From: an uncultured Bacteroides sp.
GTDB taxonomy: Bacteria; Bacteroidota; Bacteroidia; Bacteroidales; SM23-62
DNA length: 37,581 bases
Direction: 5' to 3'
Assembly: GCA_964642325.1 (NCBI GenBank)
Contig: CAZXOJ010000003.1
Coordinates: forward strand, 1 to 37,581
The translations under genes were made by a program, and so were the position numbers. Of the stretch, positions 1-7,694 are shown one piece after another (within the stretch, counting starts at the first letter, position 1; the number at the start of each line of letters is the position of its first letter). The notes below the pieces were generated by a model. That model searched no databases. It was not told where the DNA came from and saw nothing but the letters and a program-made list of their open reading frames with translations.

Positions 1-171
1 AAAATAAGCATGCTGGCAGATATGTATCCAGACGATATCATGCAGGATCCGTATGGAAAAGCTATCAATAAACTTGAATTAAGCGATTATACTAAGTATC
101 TTATAGGCTGGATTGATGAACTTGATCCGGAACTTGAGACCTTAATGACAGATAAAATGCTTAATTTCTAG
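1..171 (+). CDS. 3' end of an unidentified CDS (last 56 codons; the 5' part lies outside the window)
   Basis: Frame 1 is open from nt 1 to TAG at 169-171 (...YTKYLIGWIDELDPELETLMTDKMLNF*). The stop abuts the next start (TAGATG, 169-174), an operon-style junction. The tail is too short for me to assign a family. Confidence 0.5.
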   Translation, partial: KISMLADMYPDDIMQDPYGKAINKLELSDYTKYLIGWIDELDPELETLMTDKMLNF

Positions 172-2376
172 ATGCAAACAATTTACCTGGATTATAATGC
201 AACAACACCTCTCGACCCATCTGTTGTTGAGTCGATGAAACCTGCACTTTCTCATTTATTTGGAAATCCATCTTCTTCTCATTTACCCGGGATAGCAGCC
301 AGGAAACTGGTGGAAAAAGCAAGGGTGCAGGTTGCCGGATTGCTCAATTGCCAGGCGGAAGAGATCATTTTTACCAGTGGCGGAACGGAATCGAATAACC
401 ATGCTATCAAAGGCATTGCCTTTGCCAGGGCCGGTGATGGCAAGCATATTATTACTTCAACCATTGAACATCCTGCCACCCTCGAAGTTTGTAAATACCT
501 GCAGGAAAAGGGTTACCATATCTCATATGTTAATGTTGACGCAGGCGGTATCATCAAGATAGATGAGCTCGAATCCGCCATCCGTAAAGATACCATACTG
601 ATCACAGTAATGCATGCCAACAACGAGATCGGAGCTATCCAGCCGATAACTGAGATCAGCCAGCTGGCCAGGAAACACAAAATTGCATTCCATACTGATG
701 CAGCCCAGAGTGCCGGAAAAATCCCTGTCGATGTCCAGGAACTTGGAGTAGACCTCCTCTCACTTGCCGGACATAAAATCTATGGTCCCAAAGGAATTGG
801 CGCATTGTATATCAGAAGCGGGCTGACCATTGAAAAACTTATCCACGGGGCAGATCACGAACAGAATCGAAGGGCGGGAACCGAAAATGTACCACAGATC
901 GTCGGACTTGGCGAAGCATGTGCAATTGCTAAAAGGGATCTTGAGATTAACCGGAAGGCCATGCAATTAACCAGAGATGCCCTTTTTGATTCCATCCGTC
1001 AATCCATTCCGGAAGTACAATGGAACGGTGATCCTGAGAACTGTCTTCCAAATACCCTCAGCCTCAGTTTCCCCGGCGTAGATGCACAATTGATCCTCTC
1101 TGGCATGGAGAATGTTGCCGCATCAGCCGGCGCAGCCTGTCATGCTGAACATACTGACATCTCCCATGTGTTGGATGCCATTGGATTATCGGCAGAACAA
1201 TCCATAGGTACCCTAAGATTTTCCACCGGCAAAAATACCACGAGGGAAGAGATCATCTCTGCATCCAGGATGATCATTGATACTGCAACACCATTGTTGA
1301 GCAGTTCCGGGTCCATATCCACAAAAAACAAGGATGCCACTCATATAAAATTGACCCAATTTACCCATGGATTGGGTTGCGCTTGCAAAATGAGGCCACA
1401 GGACCTGGAAAAGATTCTCCAGAGGATTCCCCTTTCTGATCACCCGGATATCCTTGTAGATGCCAGGAACTCAGATGACGCCACGGTATGGAAAATAGAT
1501 AAGGACACAGCCTGGGTCCAGAGTGTAGATTTTTTCACACCTGTCGTGGATGATCCTTTCACATTTGGTGCCATAGCTGCAGCAAATGCCCTGAGTGATA
1601 TATATGCCATGGGAGCCACTCCCCTCTTCGGGCTTAATATAGTGGCCTTTCCTGTCAAAAGGATGGCCCTCTCAGTACTCGAAGACATCCTCCAGGGTGC
1701 ATTATCCATTGCAGAAAAGGCAGGTATACATATACTTGGGGGACATACCATCGAGGATAATGAACTTAAATTTGGTATGGTGGCAAACGGGAAATGCCAT
1801 CCCGAAAAGATCCTGAAGAATTCCTCCACAGTGCCGGGTGATACACTCATCCTGACCAAACCCATCGGAACAGGCATAATGACAACCGCATTAAAAAGAG
1901 GAATACTGGCAGATGATCATTACCATGCGCTTGTGAAAGTGATGACCGGACTCAACAATGTCCTGTCAAATATCCAATTACCATACAAGGTAAATGCCTG
2001 TACCGACATTACGGGATTTGGACTCCTGGGCCACCTGCTCGAAATGGTCAGGGCCAGTAAAACAAGCGCTGAACTAATGGCAGACAAGGTTCCTTTGATC
2101 AATGGCGTCAGGGAATACTACCAGGCTGGAACTGTACCCGGCGGCACCTTGCAAAACCTGGCTTATGCAGAGCCACATCTCCAGTGGAAGGATGGCACAA
2201 CGGAGAGTACAAAAGCCATCCTGGCTGATGCACAGACAAGTGGTGGATTACTGATATCCACTCCTCAGGATACTGCCGATAAACTGCTGGAAGAGATCAG
2301 GAAGGGCGGAGCCACAGAGGCGACCGTTATCGGCCATGTAATCCCAGCATCAGACTTTTCAATAATAATCACTTAA
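172..2376 (+). CDS. selD: Bifunctional fusion: NifS/IscS-like class-V aminotransferase (cysteine desulfurase / selenocysteine lyase type, aa ~1-372) + selenophosphate synthetase SelD (aa ~390-734)
   Basis: Uninterrupted 734-aa ORF. N-terminal half: IYLDYNATTP, FTSGGTESNN, PLP-lysine motif SLAGHKIYGPKGIGALY (Lys202, nt 775-777), catalytic Cys loop SAGAACHAEH (Cys323, nt 1138-1140). C-terminal half: SelD N-terminal loop LTQFTHGLGCACK (Cys403/Cys405/Lys406, nt 1378-1389; counterparts of E. coli Cys17/Lys20), DDATV, DFFTPVVDDP, GGHTIED, TDITGFGLLGH, DAQTSGGLL. The catalytic residue is TGC (Cys), not TGA (Sec). Confidence 0.9.
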   Translation: MQTIYLDYNATTPLDPSVVESMKPALSHLFGNPSSSHLPGIAARKLVEKARVQVAGLLNCQAEEIIFTSGGTESNNHAIKGIAFARAGDGKHIITSTIEHPATLEVCKYLQEKGYHISYVNVDAGGIIKIDELESAIRKDTILITVMHANNEIGAIQPITEISQLARKHKIAFHTDAAQSAGKIPVDVQELGVDLLSLAGHKIYGPKGIGALYIRSGLTIEKLIHGADHEQNRRAGTENVPQIVGLGEACAIAKRDLEINRKAMQLTRDALFDSIRQSIPEVQWNGDPENCLPNTLSLSFPGVDAQLILSGMENVAASAGAACHAEHTDISHVLDAIGLSAEQSIGTLRFSTGKNTTREEIISASRMIIDTATPLLSSSGSISTKNKDATHIKLTQFTHGLGCACKMRPQDLEKILQRIPLSDHPDILVDARNSDDATVWKIDKDTAWVQSVDFFTPVVDDPFTFGAIAAANALSDIYAMGATPLFGLNIVAFPVKRMALSVLEDILQGALSIAEKAGIHILGGHTIEDNELKFGMVANGKCHPEKILKNSSTVPGDTLILTKPIGTGIMTTALKRGILADDHYHALVKVMTGLNNVLSNIQLPYKVNACTDITGFGLLGHLLEMVRASKTSAELMADKVPLINGVREYYQAGTVPGGTLQNLAYAEPHLQWKDGTTESTKAILADAQTSGGLLISTPQDTADKLLEEIRKGGATEATVIGHVIPASDFSIIIT

Positions 2377-2515
2377 AAACGTGATTCCTGACTATTTTTT
2401 TAGTCTACTAGCCTGACTTATTCAAGCTTTGCGTCAACATATTTAAATCGTTGTGTATCAATTCATTATAGAAACTTACGAACAGCATTTCATTTTGTTT
2501 TCTAAAAAAAAGTGT

Positions 2516-2523
2516 TAAATTTA
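2516..2523 (+). promoter_or_regulatory. Candidate Bacteroidota -7 box (TAAATTTA, imperfect match to TAnnTTTG) with TTTG at 2494-2497
   Basis: Lies ~50 nt upstream of the ATG at 2575. A TTTG sits 18 nt upstream of the box. The last base deviates from consensus. Confidence 0.3.
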
Positions 2524-2574
2524 CTAAACCAATACCACTAACATTTCGTAGGAGTATTCAAAAACTACCTCACT

Positions 2575-3498
2575 ATGTCAAAAAAGTTATTTTCGCTTAT
2601 GCCTATTAAGTTGACTGCTATATTGATAATTGCAGTTTTAATGGCAGGATGTGGATCTGAAAAAAAGAAATCCGGCTCCGATGGGCTTTCACTCAGTGAT
2701 TCCGAAATGGATGCCGGAATACTGGAAGATGTAAACAGTGCAAAGCAGATTTTTTACTCCCTCCCCTCTCCTCTCGAAACTGCTATGTTGATAAGGAATG
2801 CCGGTGCATCCTATAACGAAGATCTGTTGAACTCCGTTGATAATACATCTGAATATACCACCAATAAAAGCATGGCCCTGAATCTTGGTATTTATACTAC
2901 TGATTTGAGTTTTGCCAGCCTGTTTGATCAGACACAAACCTCTATACGGTATATGAATGCTGCCAAACGGATGGCAGATGGACTGGGGATCCTTGATGCC
3001 ATTGACAACAATACCATTGACATGCTTGAGGAGAACATCAACAACAGGGAAAGGATCATGGACATAATATCGGAGACTTTTATGAATTCCAGTTCCTTCC
3101 TTCAAGAAAATGAAAGGCCGGCGCTTGCCACTATTGTTCTGGTTGGCGGATGGGTGGAAGGACTGTATATTGCTTCCAATCTTGTGGGTGACGCAAGCAT
3201 CGAAGGTAATAAACTGGTTGAAAGGATAGTTGACCAGAAGCTATCATTCGATATTGTTATACAGCTGCTGGAAGACAACAAGGATAATATTGATGTTGCA
3301 GAAATATTAAATGACATAGGTGACCTCAAAGTAACGTTTGATAAGATCATCATTACTACTACCAGTATACAGGCAGTCCCTGATGAAGAATCAAACGTCA
3401 CCATCCTGAAGTCTGAATCCACTATTGAAATCACACCCGAAGTATTCCAGGAACTGCTGGAAAAGGTAAAAATGTTAAGATCTAACTTTATCTCTTAA
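2575..3498 (+). CDS. Probable lipoprotein, function unknown
   Basis: 307-aa ORF. N-terminal signal peptide ends in a lipobox-like LMAG-C (MSKKLFSLMPIKLTAILIIAVLMAGCGSEKKK). The mature part looks largely helical and I recognised no catalytic motif. Followed 14 nt later by the next ORF. Confidence 0.7.
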   Translation: MSKKLFSLMPIKLTAILIIAVLMAGCGSEKKKSGSDGLSLSDSEMDAGILEDVNSAKQIFYSLPSPLETAMLIRNAGASYNEDLLNSVDNTSEYTTNKSMALNLGIYTTDLSFASLFDQTQTSIRYMNAAKRMADGLGILDAIDNNTIDMLEENINNRERIMDIISETFMNSSSFLQENERPALATIVLVGGWVEGLYIASNLVGDASIEGNKLVERIVDQKLSFDIVIQLLEDNKDNIDVAEILNDIGDLKVTFDKIIITTTSIQAVPDEESNVTILKSESTIEITPEVFQELLEKVKMLRSNFIS

Positions 3499-3512
3499 AA
3501 AAATACTGCTCT

Positions 3513-3956
3513 ATGAAAAAGATTTTTCATTTCACTGTTGCAATTGCATTATTGACTTTACTACCACTGTCTGTAAATGCACAGTGTAAAGGATTCGCAA
3601 AAAAAATCTGTAAAGTTGAGCTTTCACCATATATCCATGATGGAAATTATCATGCAGCCATCCTGACCGTTGGAGAAGAGGCCGAATTATACAAAACCTT
3701 TTACTCGGAGACGGATTACAGGATTGCGGTCTGTGGTTCAGTAAGTTTGCCTGACATTGAATTCAGGGTCATTGATTCAGACCGGAATGTGCTATACTCA
3801 AACAAGGATAATGAATATGCCATGACCTGGGATTTCCGGCTGGAGGCTAGTCAGCAATTAAAGATCTTTGTCAAAGTACCAAATGCTGAAGGATTGCCTG
3901 AAGAAATTCAGCCTGGCTGTGTGGCCATAATGTTCGGCTTCCTCGATAAAAATTAG
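3513..3956 (+). CDS. Small secreted protein, function unknown
   Basis: 147-aa ORF with a cleavable-looking signal peptide (MKKIFHFTVAIALLTLLPLSVNA/QC) and 5 Cys in the mature part. Tightly linked to 2575-3498 and followed by a clear terminator. Confidence 0.65.
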   Translation: MKKIFHFTVAIALLTLLPLSVNAQCKGFAKKICKVELSPYIHDGNYHAAILTVGEEAELYKTFYSETDYRIAVCGSVSLPDIEFRVIDSDRNVLYSNKDNEYAMTWDFRLEASQQLKIFVKVPNAEGLPEEIQPGCVAIMFGFLDKN

Positions 3957-3981
3957 ATCAAATAATAGCACGATATCAAGG

Positions 3982-4014
3982 CCGTCTCAGTTCAAAACTG
4001 GGACGGCTTTTTTT
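3982..4014 (+). terminator. Rho-independent terminator of the 2575-3956 unit
   Basis: 9-bp stem ccgtctcag (3982-3990) / ctgggacgg (3998-4006) with one G-U pair, a 7-nt loop, then c + T7 (4008-4014). Confidence 0.7.
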
Positions 4015-4121
4015 GTAATCAACCTATTTTACAATTGGCAGAAATAGCTGGCTCAAAGGCCAATGAACTACGAAATAAAGCCAGCGGATTGGGGGATTCA
4101 ATATGCTCATGATTCCAAGCA

Positions 4122-6344
4122 TTATCGCCCAATCCATAGCGTTGATGTCACGGGTTTCAGCTGCATATGACACCTGGTATATACCTGGCCATTTTCCCGC
4201 AGGTATGATACCTTAGATATGTTCGAGACAGTCCCGGTATGCGGATCCCATTCCTCCAGTTTCAGCCTCCCTCTCAGCAAAACATCTGTTTCAATTACAT
4301 CGTCGCTTGAATTAGCAAAGAAGTATAAGTCTTTACCATCCCGTACTTTATGTATGTATGAGAACAGTCCCAGATCGCTCTTGACTTCAGGTATGGGATT
4401 AAAACTCACATCAGCAGCTGCTGTAAACTCGTTTATGATTTTTGACATATATTCGGCTGTCGGGGCAGTAATAAATAGTGCTTTTCCTCCCGTGTCGTTA
4501 GTTTGTACATGAGGATTGGTTTCAACTTCGGCTCCGAAAAGCTCAGTTATCAGTTGTTTCACCTGCTGATCCTGGCCTAATTCTGCCGAAAAGGAAGGGA
4601 GCAAAGTTGTTGCAATTACCTTACCTCCATGATCATAATAATCCTTGATCTTTCGAAGTGCATCTGCAGAGATAACCCTTCCTCCAGGAATTATTATCAG
4701 TTTATAATCCTGGTGGTTCTCGATATTGCTAAGATGTAATATATCGTTCTGTATCTCATACTTGTCGCTTTTTAAAAATTCAGGATGCACAAAAGTAAAA
4801 TCCCTTCTTATCTCATTGGTAAGCATTTCGCTTATTTTCAGGTAATCTGCTTCGGGATAGGCCCATGTTCCTGCCCGTTTATTGTCCGGGGAATCAAAAC
4901 AAAAGCCGTCCTGCAGGCTGGCAATGGGGTAAATGACTGCAATATCTGCTACCCTGCGTCCACCCTGCAAGAGGTAGCAGGTTCTCCCAACATAGTCGCT
5001 GTAGGCAGGCAAACCTGCTGCCAGTTTTTCACTGAAAGGCGAGATCAAAGGAGGGATGTGTACATGTTCAGGATCATACCACATACCATGGGGGATGACG
5101 AGGTTAACACCTCGGGCCAGGATCTCCATTAAACCGCGATATAACATTAAAGAATCAACAATGTCTTCTTTCAGGGCGCCATAAATTTCGGTGGAAGTGA
5201 TCGGCCGGTCATAATATTCAGAAGCGGAACTGATCAGTTTAAATCCGTCCCTTCCACGTCCATATTGGATGATCAGATCTGTCAATGGTATATCTGTGTA
5301 CCTGTAATACTTAAATATATCCCCATGCATATCCACTGGTTGAATTCCATAGTTACCGGGAGGGTGCCCGGTATTTTTCAATCCGTATTTCCGGGTCCAT
5401 TTCGTTACCATTTTCGGGTAACCTTCGGCCAATAATTCAGACCGTGTGTCGAATAGTGCCACACGGGCAGTTGCTGTTTCCGGACCAATATCATACCACA
5501 GGGCAGGATAGTAGATATCAGGTTTGAAGCCGTTTATCTCAATGAATTTTTCATTGAATGAATTCGTCCAGGTCCGCTCTGTCCTCAAAAACCCGACATC
5601 ATCAAAAAATGTTAATTGAATGGTATTTCGGAAATAAGATTCAAAGCGATTGGCATACTCATCGTATGTTAAATTAATGAAACGGGCAACTGCAGCTGTG
5701 TCCAGGTAATCAACCGGAAAATGGCTTTTATAGTAAGGAGCCTTATCGCAGGTAAAGAACATGATCTTCCAATTGCCTTGCGGAACTCTCCAGGTCAGTA
5801 TATCTGCATCGATGAAAGGGCTAAGGTCAACACGCTCCAGTGTTTCCGTATTCATGGCCACAGCGGCCATTAATTTACCATATGGGACAACTGTCCTCCA
5901 CAGGGAGGGCCCCTTTCGAGTTATTTCATGTTTGTTGACAATCTTCCGGATATCATCCGGGAATTTCTTTTCAAGCTGTCCTCCTGCAGTTCCGCTCGGG
6001 AAGCCGGTATCATCATAGAGGATTACCTCCATATCAAGCTCCCTGGCAGTTTCAAGCAGGTAAAGGTATTGTTGAAAATACTCCTCACTCAGAAAATCAG
6101 GTTTGGTACTTCCCACTGGCAATACCGCCACGCCGCTGAAATTGGCTTTGAATTTTGCATCTTCCATCTGCTGCCGGATTCCTTCTTTTGTCATTTCCCC
6201 ATTGATGTGCCAGAACGGCATGGGGTAAAATTGTTTTGGTGGATTCCTGAATTGGGATTTATCTATTTCATCTTCGCTCTGTGCCAACACCGATGTGGAG
6301 GCAATGCAAAAAATCAGGCAAATATTTAAGAGTTGTAGGTTCAT
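4122..6344 (-). CDS. Secreted glycoside hydrolase, GH106-like (alpha-L-rhamnosidase-type); family assignment tentative
   Basis: 740-aa ORF with a signal peptide (…STSVLAQ). Motifs: N-terminal FRNPPKQFYPMPFWHINGEMTKEGIRQQ and LYDDTGFPSGTAGG, which I associate with GH106-like hydrolases. Starts 6 nt after the upstream GH43 stop. Confidence 0.55.
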   Translation of the reverse strand: MNLQLLNICLIFCIASTSVLAQSEDEIDKSQFRNPPKQFYPMPFWHINGEMTKEGIRQQMEDAKFKANFSGVAVLPVGSTKPDFLSEEYFQQYLYLLETARELDMEVILYDDTGFPSGTAGGQLEKKFPDDIRKIVNKHEITRKGPSLWRTVVPYGKLMAAVAMNTETLERVDLSPFIDADILTWRVPQGNWKIMFFTCDKAPYYKSHFPVDYLDTAAVARFINLTYDEYANRFESYFRNTIQLTFFDDVGFLRTERTWTNSFNEKFIEINGFKPDIYYPALWYDIGPETATARVALFDTRSELLAEGYPKMVTKWTRKYGLKNTGHPPGNYGIQPVDMHGDIFKYYRYTDIPLTDLIIQYGRGRDGFKLISSASEYYDRPITSTEIYGALKEDIVDSLMLYRGLMEILARGVNLVIPHGMWYDPEHVHIPPLISPFSEKLAAGLPAYSDYVGRTCYLLQGGRRVADIAVIYPIASLQDGFCFDSPDNKRAGTWAYPEADYLKISEMLTNEIRRDFTFVHPEFLKSDKYEIQNDILHLSNIENHQDYKLIIIPGGRVISADALRKIKDYYDHGGKVIATTLLPSFSAELGQDQQVKQLITELFGAEVETNPHVQTNDTGGKALFITAPTAEYMSKIINEFTAAADVSFNPIPEVKSDLGLFSYIHKVRDGKDLYFFANSSDDVIETDVLLRGRLKLEEWDPHTGTVSNISKVSYLRENGQVYTRCHMQLKPVTSTLWIGR

Positions 6345-6350
6345 GGATTT

Positions 6351-7694
6351 TCAATTGATTGAGAATGAATCTATTTGACATAATTGCTTCCCCTTTCCTT
6401 TAAACACAAAACAAAGACTTTCTTTGTCTTCAAGTTCAGAAAGATTGCAAACAATATTCTCAAAAACACCGGTTGTCATCGGAGAAATCTTGCACTTCCC
6501 GAGCAGGGGACCTTCGGGAGAATCCTGATGAACTTCCAGGATTGTCTTCTTTTTTGCCGTCATAGTGATATCGATATAACTTTTACCCCTCAGTCCCTGA
6601 ATATTTGGATAGACTAGAAAATCACCACCTTCGATATCATCCAGGACAAATCCTCCTTCGGGCAGTTCCTTTTTTGAGATACCAACAGACCTGAAGTAGT
6701 CTTCTGCCTCTATCACCCCAATGGCGGCATCGTATTGCCCTACACCAATCCCATCAACCCTGACCGGTGCAATATCCCCATTTGCTTTATAATGGACATA
6801 ACTGATAAAGGTATCGCGGAACCGCCGATTTCCTGTTTGGCTTATATCACAGTATGCAAAGTACCACTGGTTATTCCATTCAAAGAATGACCCATGCCTG
6901 CCCTGGAGAGGACCATGAGGCCATGTGGGTGCATCATAACCGGGCGCAAAACTGTGTTCGTCCATAAGGGTTCCTACATAATCATATGGCCCATACAGAT
7001 CTTCTGAAGTTGCGTAAAAGGCACCCCATGAGAGATAATATTTCCCCTGGTATTTATGCAGAAAAGGTTTGTCATCCGTTGAATCTGCCCCATAAGGTCC
7101 CACCGGGTTGTTTATTTGGACCTCCCGGGGTTCCTCGGCCAGGCTGATCATATCCTCATTTAGCCGGGCCATATAAAAGTCCCATACCCCGAACAGTATA
7201 TAATGCTCTCCGTCATCATCCTGAAAAACAGCCATATCATATTCATGGGTCGGAGTGAGTTCTGAAGGAAGAAGTGGTTTACCAAGAGGATCTTTCCATG
7301 GGCCCGCTGGCGTATCTCCAACAACTACACCGGCCTGCTCATTATGTTCAGAAAAATACCAATAGTATTTTCCATTACGGTTGGCTGCATCCGTGGCCCA
7401 ACATTGATCGAATGGTTTTCCAATGTAGGTATCTTCTGGTTTAAGGACAGATTCCAGGTTCCAATTCACCAGATCCTCTGAAGACCAGATCCACCAATCA
7501 TCCATGGCAAAGCCAGTACTCTTAATCGAACGGTCATGGGTTGCATATAAATAAGCTTTACCATTATAAATATGAATATGAGGGTCATTAACCCCTCTGT
7601 TCGGGACAATTGGATTTTGTGCCTGCAATGCTGTTTGTGAAATAATAATACAGATGAGTACAAGTTGAATTCTTAGCTTCAATTGACATCTCAT
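6351..7694 (-). CDS. GH43 glycoside hydrolase (beta-xylosidase / alpha-L-arabinofuranosidase type) with C-terminal CBM6-like module
   Basis: 447-aa ORF with a signal peptide. GH43-type NPIVPNRGVNDPHIHIYNGKAYLYATHD, WATDA, FLHKYQGKYYLSW. C-terminal IEAEDY...GDFLVYPNI...IDSFSI resembles CBM6. Its ATG (7694-7692) overlaps the upstream TAA (7696-7694) by 1 nt. Confidence 0.85.
   Translation of the reverse strand: MRCQLKLRIQLVLICIIISQTALQAQNPIVPNRGVNDPHIHIYNGKAYLYATHDRSIKSTGFAMDDWWIWSSEDLVNWNLESVLKPEDTYIGKPFDQCWATDAANRNGKYYWYFSEHNEQAGVVVGDTPAGPWKDPLGKPLLPSELTPTHEYDMAVFQDDDGEHYILFGVWDFYMARLNEDMISLAEEPREVQINNPVGPYGADSTDDKPFLHKYQGKYYLSWGAFYATSEDLYGPYDYVGTLMDEHSFAPGYDAPTWPHGPLQGRHGSFFEWNNQWYFAYCDISQTGNRRFRDTFISYVHYKANGDIAPVRVDGIGVGQYDAAIGVIEAEDYFRSVGISKKELPEGGFVLDDIEGGDFLVYPNIQGLRGKSYIDITMTAKKKTILEVHQDSPEGPLLGKCKISPMTTGVFENIVCNLSELEDKESLCFVFKGKGKQLCQIDSFSIN

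Noticed and set aside
2377-2574. 198-nt intergenic region after the SelD fusion, checked for tRNA-Sec (selC), another tRNA or a riboswitch
   Set aside because: It is very AT-rich with no GTTCRANYC-like T-arm, no acceptor-stem complementarity and no extended conserved-looking helices. It more likely holds just a weak terminator (aatcac/gtgatt, 2367-2386, then T-rich) and the next promoter.
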